Below, piece by piece: positions 19,773-28,605 of a stretch of DNA of 29,526 bases (the stretch's first letter is position 1; each line of letters starts with the position of its first letter). This DNA is from Thermodesulfobacteriota bacterium (GTDB lineage Bacteria > Desulfobacterota > Desulfobacteria > Desulfobacterales > C00003060): NCBI GenBank assembly GCA_034189385.1, contig JAXHVD010000032.1, forward strand, positions 1 to 29,526, in the 5' to 3' direction. The notes under the pieces are model-generated. The model saw only the letters and a list, made by a program, of their open reading frames with translations, had not been told where the DNA came from and made no database searches. Position numbers and translations under genes: made by a program.

Positions 19773-20840
19773 ATGAGAATCACCAAGCTTGATGCCTGGC
19801 CAGTCTCCATGCGGCTCTCTGAACCCTACACCATTGCTTATGAAACCGTTCATGCTGTTACGAACGTTTTTCTTCGAATGGAAACAACCAACGGGATTTC
19901 CGGTTATGGCTGTGCAGCTCCCGATGAGCATATCGCAGGGGAAACACCTGAAAGCGTCCTCCGAGTGTTGGAAGATGAGTTCACCGCCTCTGTAAAAGGG
20001 GCAGATCCACTCCGACCCGTCATGATTCTAGAAAGGCTCAAGCAACACCTATCGTTTCACCCTGCGGCTTTGGCTGCCTTGGATATGGCTCTTTGCGACA
20101 TTCTTGGCAAGGCCTGCAATCTTCCTCTTTGGAAACTCCTGGGGGGGTTCCGTGATCGCATAAGAACCAGCATCACCATCGGTATCTTGCCCCTGACAGA
20201 GACGGTACAGCGGGCACGGGAGTTTGCAGCAAGAGGATTCAAAAGCTTGAAGCTGAAGGGGGGCCTTGATGTAGATGCTGACATCGAGCGCGTGCTCAAG
20301 GTCAGAGAGGCAATCGGGAAAAAGATTGAGTTGCGTTTTGATGCCAACCAGGGGTTCACGGTGGAGCAATGTCTGAGATTCGTCGAAGGAACTCGTCAGG
20401 CACATCTTGAGCTTATTGAGCAGCCCACGCCCAAGGGACAACCAAGCCTGCTCGGTCGCGTCACGAGTGTGGTTTCTATTCCGGTCATGGCGGATGAGAG
20501 TCTCATGACGCTTAGGGACGCCTTTCGCATTGCCCAGCAAGAATTGGCTGACATGGTAAATGTGAAACTGATGAAGGTCGGGGGCATCACAGAGGCCCTG
20601 CAAGTCAATGCCGTTGCCCGCTCAGCGGGATTGGAGGTCATGGTGGGGTGCACGGACGAGGCTGCCCTGGCCATAGCCGCAGGTTTGCACTTTGCCTTGG
20701 CTCGCCCCAATGTGGTCTACGCGGACCTGGACGGCCACCTGGCGCTGGTCCATGACCCTTCTGCCGGGGCGGTGACGCTTCGCAACGGCACCCTTTTTCC
20801 AAGCACCAAACCGGGGCTGGGGTTCGATGTCGCTGATTGA
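19773..20840 (+). CDS. Dipeptide epimerase (L-Ala-D/L-Glu epimerase/DgcA-like, enolase superfamily)
   Basis: KLK, DANQG, IEQP, ADES, NVKLMK, DLDG. Confidence 0.92.
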   Translation: MRITKLDAWPVSMRLSEPYTIAYETVHAVTNVFLRMETTNGISGYGCAAPDEHIAGETPESVLRVLEDEFTASVKGADPLRPVMILERLKQHLSFHPAALAALDMALCDILGKACNLPLWKLLGGFRDRIRTSITIGILPLTETVQRAREFAARGFKSLKLKGGLDVDADIERVLKVREAIGKKIELRFDANQGFTVEQCLRFVEGTRQAHLELIEQPTPKGQPSLLGRVTSVVSIPVMADESLMTLRDAFRIAQQELADMVNVKLMKVGGITEALQVNAVARSAGLEVMVGCTDEAALAIAAGLHFALARPNVVYADLDGHLALVHDPSAGAVTLRNGTLFPSTKPGLGFDVAD

Positions 20841-20912
20841 AATGAGTAGCCCCTTGAAAGGCCCGTCATATGCTCCCTCACCGTCTGTTCCCCCTTGGCT
20901 CTGCCCCATACA

Positions 20913-21126
20913 GGAACTCTCAATTCCTATGTGGCAAAAAGCGGAACTTCAAGTTCATGTTGCCACATCCCTAGTTATTCCATTAGATTGCACTACATAG
21001 ACCATTCCATCTCCCCCTGACCGCGTCCCCCGTCCCGAAATCGGAACCGTGAGTTCCTTTCCGCCCTTGCCCAAATGGCTTCATGCTAATATTATCAACA
21101 TGTTAACATCATGGCACGCACCTTGC
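20913..21126 (+). promoter_or_regulatory. sigma54 promoter 3 (upstream of groES) with IHF site and three enhancer palindromes
   Basis: Palindromes at 20913-20927, 20943-20957, 21043-21057; TATCAACATGTTA (exact WATCAAN4TTR) 21093-21105; TGGCAC-GCACC-TTGC 21112-21126. Confidence 0.85.
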
Positions 21127-21348
21127 GACACGTAGCAATGGAGAATAGACACGAGATTCGTCCAGAATCGACGGCCCCCACAATGAAACAGGAGAGCAGG
21201 AGGTGATGACATGGAAATCTCTGGCTAGTGCCCATCCACAAATGCCCCCCGGAAAGCACGGGCAGACTATGTCAGCGGGGATCTGGCCCCGTACTGAACA
21301 AAAGAGATGCTGAAATGTCCACCATAACCGGAGCAGGGAGATTGGAGC

Positions 21349-21636
21349 ATGAAAGTGAAGCCATTAAACGACAGGATACTGGTTCTAAGGATCGACAAGG
21401 AAGAGAAGACGGCTGGCGGGATCGTCATCCCCGATACTGCAAAGGAGAAACCGCAGGAGGGCAAGGTCGTTGCCCTTGGCCCTGGAAAACGAAACGATGA
21501 GGGAAAACGCATGCCCCTGGACGTTCAAGAGAATGACCGCGTGCTTTTTAGCAAATATGGAGGCACGGACATCAAGATTGATGGCGTGGAACATTTGATT
21601 CTGAGAGAGGACGATATCCTGGGCGTCCTGGAATGA
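21349..21636 (+). CDS. groES: Co-chaperonin GroES
   Basis: [36 protein letters not shown]. Confidence 0.98.
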   Translation: MKVKPLNDRILVLRIDKEEKTAGGIVIPDTAKEKPQEGKVVALGPGKRNDEGKRMPLDVQENDRVLFSKYGGTDIKIDGVEHLILREDDILGVLE

Positions 21637-21661
21637 TCGAAAGGAAAGAAGGAGTTTAGTC

Positions 21662-23281
21662 ATGGCAGGCAAAGAGATTAGATACAGCATGTCGGCAAGA
21701 AAAGGGATGATGAACGGCGTGGACGCCCTGGCCAACGTCGTTAAGGTAACCTTGGGCCCAAAGGGCCGCAATGTTCTCATTGAGAAGTCTTGGGGCTCGC
21801 CCCGCATCACCAAGGATGGCGTGACCGTGGCCAAGGAGATTGAACTGGAGGATAAAATCAAAAATCTCGGCGCCCAGATGGTCAAAGAGGTGGCTTCCAA
21901 GACATCTGATGTTGCAGGAGATGGCACCACCACGGCCACCCTTCTCGCTCAAGCCTTGTATCGTGAAGGTGACAGGCTCGTGGAAGCAGGCTCCAATCCC
22001 ATGGCCATTAAGCGGGGCATGGAGAAGGCAGTGGATCTGGTCGTTGAAGAACTGAAAAAGATGTCAAAACAGACCAAGGACAAGACCGAGATTGCTCAAG
22101 TGGGCACGATCTCAGCGAACAATGACAGCTCCATTGGCGCTATTATCTCCGAGGCCATGGTGAAGGTGGGCAAGGAAGGCGTCATCACCGTCGACGAGGC
22201 CAAGGGCATGGAAACGTCCCTTGAAATCGTAGAGGGCATGCAATTTGACCGTGGTTACTTGAGCCCGTACTTCGTCACGGACGCAGACAAGATGGAGGCC
22301 CACCTGGAGGCCCCGTACATTGTCTTGCATGAGAAGAAGCTCAGCAACATGAAAGACTTGCTTCCTATCCTGGAGCAGATCGCCAAGACGGGCAAGCCCC
22401 TTGTCATCATTGCGGAAGACGTGGAAGGCGAGGCCCTGGCCACACTGGTTGTGAACAAGCTGCGTGGCACCCTGAAGTGTGCCGCGGTCAAGGGTCCCGC
22501 TTTTGGAGATAGGCGAAAGGCCATGCTCGAAGACATTGCTATCCTCACGGGCGGTCAGGTGATTAGCCAGGACTTGGGCGTCAAGCTGGAAAAGGTGACA
22601 CTGGACGATCTGGGCACTGCAAAACGGATCACCATCAACAAAGACAATACCACCATTATAGATGGAGGTGGCAAACGTGCCGCCGTGGAAGGGCGTGTCA
22701 AACAGCTCAGGGTTCAAATTGAAGAAACGACCAGTGACTATGACAGGGAAAAACTCCAGGAACGTCTGGCCAAGCTCGTTGGCGGTGTTGCCGTGATCAA
22801 TGTGGGTGCCGCCACGGAGACGGAGATGAAGGAGAAAAAGGCCCGCGTCGAAGATGCCTTGAACGCCACCCGGGCAGCCGTGGAGGAAGGTATTGTTCCA
22901 GGAGGGGGTGTGGCATACATGCGGACGTTGAAGGCCCTTGAAAGCCTCAAGTTGCCTGGCGAGGAGCAATTGGGGGTAAATATCGTAAAGCGCACCCTTG
23001 AAGAACCGGTCAGACAGATTGCCGAAAATGCCGGCTTTGAGGGCTCTGTGGTGCTTAAAGAGGTCATGGAAGGCAAGGACGGTTTTGGCTTCAATGCGGA
23101 AAGCGGGCAGTTTGAGGACCTCGTGAAAGCGGGCGTGATCGACCCGACAAAGGTGGCAAGATTTGCGCTGCAAAATGCGTCATCCGTGGCCGGGCTCCTC
23201 CTTACTACCGAGGTGGCAGTCACTGAAAAGCCGAAGAAGAAAAAGGGGACAGCACAGATGTCCCCCAAAGACATGTACTAG
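21662..23281 (+). CDS. groEL: Chaperonin GroEL
   Basis: [48 protein letters not shown]. Confidence 0.98.
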   Translation: MAGKEIRYSMSARKGMMNGVDALANVVKVTLGPKGRNVLIEKSWGSPRITKDGVTVAKEIELEDKIKNLGAQMVKEVASKTSDVAGDGTTTATLLAQALYREGDRLVEAGSNPMAIKRGMEKAVDLVVEELKKMSKQTKDKTEIAQVGTISANNDSSIGAIISEAMVKVGKEGVITVDEAKGMETSLEIVEGMQFDRGYLSPYFVTDADKMEAHLEAPYIVLHEKKLSNMKDLLPILEQIAKTGKPLVIIAEDVEGEALATLVVNKLRGTLKCAAVKGPAFGDRRKAMLEDIAILTGGQVISQDLGVKLEKVTLDDLGTAKRITINKDNTTIIDGGGKRAAVEGRVKQLRVQIEETTSDYDREKLQERLAKLVGGVAVINVGAATETEMKEKKARVEDALNATRAAVEEGIVPGGGVAYMRTLKALESLKLPGEEQLGVNIVKRTLEEPVRQIAENAGFEGSVVLKEVMEGKDGFGFNAESGQFEDLVKAGVIDPTKVARFALQNASSVAGLLLTTEVAVTEKPKKKKGTAQMSPKDMY

Positions 23282-23630
23282 CCCCATCGGTAAGGGAGTG
23301 GACGTCTGAGCAGAGTGTTCTGAAACTTGGGGAGATACCTTTGCCACGAAGCCTGCCAGCAACCCCGGAAATCCGGCAGGGACACCACAGGGACTTGAAG
23401 GGTTGCCTATTTGGCTGTTAGGCATTTTGAAGGTCTCTGAGCCATAGGCAAAAGCGAAACTGAAATAACAGGCGGCATCCACTTCGTTAGCGGTTTGCGG
23501 TTTCACCATAGGAGCATAGGAGACAAGCCTCCTTTGAGGTTAACCTGATCTAGTTCAGGCGACATGGAGTCACTGTCAAAGTCGGCAAAGACGTACCAGG
23601 GGCGCTGAACCACGAAAGAGGGACCATATT

Positions 23631-24002
23631 ATGACTACACAACTTTCCTTTAGCAAATACGAACAAGAGATTCGTCCGATACTCAGAAGAAGCATAAACA
23701 GTGCTGAATCTACGGAGGACGTGAAGAAATTCTTCTTCTACGGTGTTCGAAACCTTCTTAAGAAGGTGCTACAGCGGCAAATGTCCATAGACCACGAGGA
23801 TATCCTTTTGGATCCAAAAGAAGAAAGGGGCTTCACCATCAGCAGCCGGGTCTGGGACATCCCGGCCTTTGCCTCAGCCTGGCGGGAGTCGGATTTGCCT
23901 CACATCATTGAACGCATGGCCGAATTCGCCATCAACCGATACAAACATCTTGACAAACACCCGGACAAGACCGAGGCGAAGATGTACCCCATCCCCGGAT
24001 AA
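23631..24002 (+). CDS. Hypothetical protein
   Basis: GAGGGA SD; 123 aa with globular composition; family not recognised. Confidence 0.75.
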   Translation: MTTQLSFSKYEQEIRPILRRSINSAESTEDVKKFFFYGVRNLLKKVLQRQMSIDHEDILLDPKEERGFTISSRVWDIPAFASAWRESDLPHIIERMAEFAINRYKHLDKHPDKTEAKMYPIPG

Positions 24003-24033
24003 CGCAAATCCCTCTCCTTGGCAGGCACGCACT

Positions 24034-24783
24034 ATGAAAGGAAACAAGACTCAAAGGCGCCTCATGGATGAGCCGACGGGACCGCGGCATCGAACGGGTG
24101 AATTGGAGGTCTCGGGAGCACATCTTGATTCATTAAAGGAGGCCTTGAGCATTGTATATGATGCCATCGATTCGGCCGTCGGCGGTATGATTATCACCGA
24201 CCTTGCCGGGCGGATTACCTATGTCAACCCGGCCTTCCTTAGAATGTTCGAGTATGGCAGCAAAGAAGAAGTGTTAGGCCATGATGCTGCTGATTTCTTT
24301 GCTTCCAAAGAAGTAAAAAGCCTTAGCGACGTAAGAGCCATCATTGATCTCACACAAGCTGCAACGGAGGAGTTTACCGTCTTACGTAAAGATGGCACAA
24401 CGTTTTATGTAGAGGTCTCTTGTTCAAACGTGGCAAACGACAAGGGGAATGTCTCAGGCAGGATGGCCTCATTTGTCGATATCACCCAGCGCAAACATAT
24501 GGAGCTGGAGCGAGAAACCCTTGTCGCCCAGCTTCAAAGCGCCCTTGCCAAGGTGAAAACACTCCGGGGCCTGGTGCCCATTTGTGCATCCTGCAAGAAT
24601 ATACGTGACGATAAGGGGTTTTGGCACCAAGTCGAAGCCTATATTCAAGATCATTCTGACGCAGTCTTTTCTCATGGTATTTGTCCCGATTGTGCCTTGA
24701 GGCTCTATCCCGACCTCTGTAAACAGGAAGAAAACAAGGAGCGACATGAGCTGAAAAGCGGCTCAAAAAAAGCGGATTTCTAG
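24034..24783 (+). CDS. PAS-domain protein with C-terminal CxxC...HxxCxxC domain (start 24034 or 24064)
   Basis: IITDLAGRITYVNPAF...RKDGT...DITQRK, then LRGLVPICASCKNIRDDKGFW...FSHGICPDC. Confidence 0.85.
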   Translation: MKGNKTQRRLMDEPTGPRHRTGELEVSGAHLDSLKEALSIVYDAIDSAVGGMIITDLAGRITYVNPAFLRMFEYGSKEEVLGHDAADFFASKEVKSLSDVRAIIDLTQAATEEFTVLRKDGTTFYVEVSCSNVANDKGNVSGRMASFVDITQRKHMELERETLVAQLQSALAKVKTLRGLVPICASCKNIRDDKGFWHQVEAYIQDHSDAVFSHGICPDCALRLYPDLCKQEENKERHELKSGSKKADF

Positions 24784-24854
24784 TAAATATTCGATGCGTT
24801 GAAGTTGTCCCCTTGACAAGCCCATAACATGCATTTTTGATTTTTTAATCATAC

Positions 24855-24872
24855 GTTTATCGGTCGATAAAC
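24855..24872. promoter_or_regulatory. Perfect palindrome upstream of hsp20 pair, candidate operator
   Basis: GTTTATCG-GT-CGATAAAC in AT-rich intergenic DNA. Confidence 0.45.
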
Positions 24873-24966
24873 ATTTTCCGACTGTTTAAAAACATTGTCT
24901 AATCAGTCCAAGTTTCTAGTCCAATGTGCTTAGAGGTGCAATGCTATTAGAAAGGAGGGATGAGCG

Positions 24967-25428
24967 ATGGCAATCATAAGAGGATTTGGCTTGCCTGCAT
25001 GGGGTTGGCGCGTTCCTACAGATGCGCAGCGCATAAGAAGTGAGATGGACAGGCTTCTTGAGGGTCTGACGGGCGCTACGTCCAGAGAGCCCGGAGCAGG
25101 GGTGTTTCCACTCACAAACGTGACAGAGGACCATGACAACTACTACGTCCGCGGTGAGCTTCCTGGGATCAAGGCCGATGAGCTGAACATCTCTGTAACA
25201 GCAGATGGCATTTCCATTTCAGGGGAGCGAAAGATCCGCACCCGAGGGGAAGACGCCAGATACCACCGGCGAGAGCGAAACGCCGGCAAGTTCAGCAGAA
25301 TGCTTAGCCTGCCTGGCCACATTGACACGGAAAAGGTGGAGGCGAGCTGCAGTGACGGTGTCTTGACAGTGGTGCTTCCCAAGGCAGCAGCAGCAAAGCC
25401 GAAACAGATCACCGTGAAAGCAGGGTGA
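24967..25428 (+). CDS. Hsp20/alpha-crystallin small heat-shock protein
   Basis: FPLTNVTE..ELPGI..ISGER..YHRRERNAGKFSR..DGVLTVVLPK; AAGGAGG SD. Confidence 0.95.
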   Translation: MAIIRGFGLPAWGWRVPTDAQRIRSEMDRLLEGLTGATSREPGAGVFPLTNVTEDHDNYYVRGELPGIKADELNISVTADGISISGERKIRTRGEDARYHRRERNAGKFSRMLSLPGHIDTEKVEASCSDGVLTVVLPKAAAAKPKQITVKAG

Positions 25429-25464
25429 TCACCGTACAATCCTATTTGAAGGGAGGGATAGACC

Positions 25465-25875
25465 ATGACTGAGGCCGAAGCAAAAGCGTTGGAAGCAAAA
25501 GAGAAACAGGAAGTGGCCAGCACCGCTGAGCAGACAAGACCGGGCCTGACTTTCAAGCCCGCAGTGGACATCTTTGAAACAGAGACGGGTATTACGCTCC
25601 TTGCCGATATTCCGGGCGTTACGGCAAATAATTTGAATATTGACCTTCGTCAAGACGTCCTCACCCTGTCAGGCGAGGTTGACACGCCTGAGACTGCAGG
25701 CGAAACAGAGATCCTGAAGGAATACAGGACAGGAAGGTATGTTCGTCAATTTTCCCTTTCAGACACCATTGATCAGGCAAAGATCGAGGCAGAACTGCAA
25801 GACGGTGTCTTAAGACTGGTACTGCCCAAGGCGGCAAAGGCAGTTCCCCGAAAGATCGAGGTAAAGGCGAAGTGA
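25465..25875 (+). CDS. Hsp20/alpha-crystallin small heat-shock protein
   Basis: PAVDIFE..ADIPGV..YVRQFSL..DGVLRLVLPK. Confidence 0.95.
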   Translation: MTEAEAKALEAKEKQEVASTAEQTRPGLTFKPAVDIFETETGITLLADIPGVTANNLNIDLRQDVLTLSGEVDTPETAGETEILKEYRTGRYVRQFSLSDTIDQAKIEAELQDGVLRLVLPKAAKAVPRKIEVKAK

Positions 25876-25934
25876 CAATGCCGGGCCTATGAGGCCCGGC
25901 GTTGTCCTCCTGTTCGGGACAAATCGTCTTCCCG

Positions 25935-26021
25935 TATCTTGTTCTGGCCCTCAGCAAGACCTCGAATGTAAACAAGATCAAGAAGGCCTATGGGAAAGCG
26001 GCGACGCAGTACCACCCCGAT
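25935..26021 (+). pseudogene. DnaJ J-domain remnant
   Basis: YLVLALSKTSNVNKIKKAYGKAATQYHPD (helices I-II plus HPD); no good start and no recognisable helix III. Confidence 0.65.
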
Positions 26022-26164
26022 ACGGCCTTGGCGTCCCAGAGCGCCGCGAACCCTGTGAGAGATCCTAGTCTTGGTCGCCGTCACACCAGGGAGTATCCAT
26101 TCATGAACGAACCTTCACACCCCGGCGATCAACCCTCCCCTGGTTTTAGTATCAACGTATGCAA

Positions 26165-26252
26165 TGACGCGTAGCGTCCGGCCCGTTGATGTGAATCGCC
26201 CCCTCAGCGATTCACATTAAAACTCTGTGATCTCAGAGAGCTCTGTGACAGA
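26165..26252 (+). repeat. Direct repeat copy A (left of HEPN-MNT)
   Basis: TGACGCGTAGCGTCCGGCCCGTTGATGTGAATCGC..GCGATTCACA..CTCTGTGATCTCAGAGAGCTCTGTGA; matches 27300-27338 and 27472-27596. Confidence 0.85.
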
Positions 26253-26335
26253 CACCCCTTTCTCGTCATTTCTCTTTGCAGTCTCCGTAAATTCTGTGAG
26301 AGATTGGCCACCAAAAGGATAACCTTCCAATATTC

Positions 26336-26364
26336 TAGACTATAAGTCAGGGTTGTGATATATT
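26336..26364 (+). promoter_or_regulatory. sigma70-type promoter for HEPN-MNT
   Basis: TAGACT-N17-TATATT with TG extension. Confidence 0.45.
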
Positions 26365-26463
26365 ATATTTAATTGAGTTCTTCACACCTTCGATTCGACA
26401 AAGGTTGTTTCAAAGGGCTACGTTACTCGCGCCCACAAGTAAATGGTGAGGCCACAGCAAAAT

Positions 26464-26850
26464 ATGGATAAAATGGTAGGTCATTGGGTTGAGCGGGCGG
26501 AATATGACCTCGACACTGCCAAAGCCATGTTGAATACGGCACGGTACTTGTATGTTGCCTTCATGTGCCAACAAGCTGTCGAAAAGCTATTGAAGGCCTT
26601 GATCGCTCAACAAGACAAGGAAAACCTTCCCATACACCACCTGAATCGCCTGGCAGAGCTTGCCGGGATTTAAGGTGATTTGGACATCGAACAGTTTGAT
26701 TTCCTGGCAGAATTGACACCCTACTCCATTGAGGCTCGATACGGCGACTACAAAGAAGGTTTGTCGGAGATCATCAACGAGGAAAAAGCAAGAGCGGTCT
26801 ATAAGCGGACACAGGAAATCTTTCAATGGCTCTATCAGAAGCTCGACTAG
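26464..26850 (+). pseudogene. HEPN domain gene with in-frame premature TAA at 26671-26673
   Basis: WVERAEYDLDTAK..FMCQQAVEKLLKA..HHLNRLA..AGI*GDLDIEQFDFLAELTPYSIEARYG..IFQWLYQKLD*. Confidence 0.88.
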
Positions 26851-27197
26851 ATGAAATCGTAAAAGGATTCGTTTCCAGGCTTTCCAGCGAGATGCCTGTT
26901 GAAGGGGTCATCTTGTTTGGTTCCTATGCCTACGGGAATCCAAAAGAGCACAGTGATATTGATCTGGCAATCATCTCTGACTGGTTTCAGGGTAAGACCC
27001 GTATAGAGAGCATGCAGCATCTGTCTCGCATCGCGGCACGGTACAATAGTCTGATAGAAGCTTATCCCTTCACTGCTGAAGAATACAAAAATCTGGACCA
27101 CAGGACTTTGCTGTCCAGCATTGTCAAGCATGGCCGGAAATACACCATTGATAACCCTCCACATCGAGGGCTCACCACAGATCCTCCTCAAGAGTGA
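26826..27197 (+). CDS. Minimal nucleotidyltransferase (MNT), HEPN partner
   Basis: ILFGSYAYG...SDIDLAII; overlaps the HEPN 3' end. Confidence 0.92.
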   Translation: MALSEARLDEIVKGFVSRLSSEMPVEGVILFGSYAYGNPKEHSDIDLAIISDWFQGKTRIESMQHLSRIAARYNSLIEAYPFTAEEYKNLDHRTLLSSIVKHGRKYTIDNPPHRGLTTDPPQE

Positions 27198-27229
27198 AAA
27201 CCCCATCCCTTCCCTCTCGGCTCGTCACT

Positions 27230-27596
27230 CATCCCCCCTTCTCCGGCGCTAAGATCCCGAACTCGGTCTGCCCCAAAGCCGCACCGGCAATTCAAAGAGT
27301 GACGTGCAGCGTCCGGCCGGTTGATGTGAATCGTCCCCTTTTTCCGTCAAGAGAGGCCACTTTTTACCCAAAACTGCTTTGAGCAGAAATGGGTAAAACA
27401 TCCCTCCATCTTCTCCGGGGCTGACATCCTAAACCCGGTTTGCCCCAAAGCTGTACCGACAATTCAGAAAGTGACGCGTAGCGTCGGCGGGTTGATGTGA
27501 ATCGCCGTCCCTGCCCCGTTAAATGTACCATCCTATTTAGCCGGGGTCAGCGATTCAGATCAAAAACTCTGCGATCTCAGAGAGCTCTGCGAGAGA
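27230..27596 (+). repeat. Tandem imperfect duplication (copies B and C) right of MNT
   Basis: About 110-bp units 27230-27338 and 27399-27506 (TGCCCCAAAGC..AATTCA..GTGACG..TTGATGTGAATCG); copy C continues like copy A to 27596 with a hairpin inserted at about 27510-27546. Confidence 0.85.
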
Positions 27597-27710
27597 TTGT
27601 CTTCTGCACCTTTTCCGTCATCCGCCCTCTGTCCTCTGGCTTTCTCTTCTCCTACGTAGTTCTACGATGCGAATTTAGGTATTTCTACGATTTCTTACCC
27701 CCTAGAATCC

Positions 27711-27844
27711 TTGACAAAAATTCTCCGTGGTGGTAGGGTCCCTTGCGGCTTGCGTCGTACCCCATTGACCCTAACCAAGAGGGTGCCATGAACTGAATGG
27801 AAAGACCCCGTTTCTCAAAGAGAGAGATGGGGTTTTGTGTTTTT
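27711..27844 (+). ncRNA. Candidate about 100-nt sRNA or orphan leader with own promoter
   Basis: TTGACA-N17-TAGGGT with TG extension; GTACCC/GGGTGC stem; ends in a terminator. Confidence 0.45.
27805..27844 (+). terminator. Intrinsic terminator
   Basis: ACCCCGTTTCTC-AAAGA-GAGAGATGGGGT followed by TTTGTGTTTTT. Confidence 0.75.
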
Positions 27845-28605
27845 GGGGCTGAGGGAATGTGGCATTCAAAACTCGCCTCGCAGGTCTAAGTATCAGCCAA
27901 CAAGGAGAAACTCAGGCGAGTTGAAAAATCCGGGTAAAGCAGAAAAATAAAACAACGCCCGGAAAGCTTACTCGGAAGACAATGAAGAAACTGGCTTTGT
28001 GAAATCTGTAGGTTTGACCCCAGTCGGTTCGGTATGGGCCCTGGAAAGGCTGAATTCCAGGATTGAAGACAGGACCAAATGTGGAAAACTAAAGGGCGTC
28101 CCGCAAATCTCGCAAATTTCTTGCCCCGGTTGCTGATCAATGAGACACATCACATCATGCTGAAAACCCGGGGATTAATATGAGGCGATAGGGCACGTAG
28201 GTTACGCGGAGTCACAAGCTTCTGGTTTCGATATGATCGGTCTATCTACGCTCATGGTTTCGGACTAGCGATGTCAAGTATTGCTATGGGAGATAACATT
28301 TTGAAAAACTATAATTTTTGGGGTATTTAGGACCAATCTTTCCGCTGCGTGCCTCTTTTCAAACCTTTTTCCGTCCTATTGACATGCTCCGGTAGAATGC
28401 TATTTGAAGAGCTGAACGCTGTCGACGTGGGGCCTGCAATCTTGTGGTATGCGGGACAAGTCTATGAATTACGTGTCAAATGCCTGGATCAAGCCACGGC
28501 AAGATACCCTTTAGCTTCAGGTGGTTACGGCTTGTCATTTCGGCCTCCTAAATCGAAGTCAGGGGCGGCGGGATTCTGATTCCAAGGCATAGGGGCCAAG
28601 TTGGG

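Noticed and set aside
23180..23535. Minus-strand ORF with AAGGAGG SD downstream of groEL
   Set aside because: The SD-proximal ATG gives only MLLW*; the longer frame overlaps groEL and has no recognisable motif; at most a decayed gene
26671..26673. Programmed readthrough or recoding of the HEPN stop
   Set aside because: TAA is not a Sec/Pyl codon and is used as a normal stop elsewhere in the window
26165..27596. Possible CRISPR array
   Set aside because: Only three long degenerate copies, irregular spacing, no unique spacers of constant length, no cas genes
7251..27787. Other TGGCAC hexamers (7251 minus, 11634 plus, about 27783 minus)
   Set aside because: No correctly spaced -12 TGC and no upstream palindromes
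27850..28600. Integron integrase or attI next to the cassette
   Set aside because: No tyrosine-recombinase motifs in the short ORFs; the hairpin at 28542-28597 lacks an AAC R'' box, so it is not called attC
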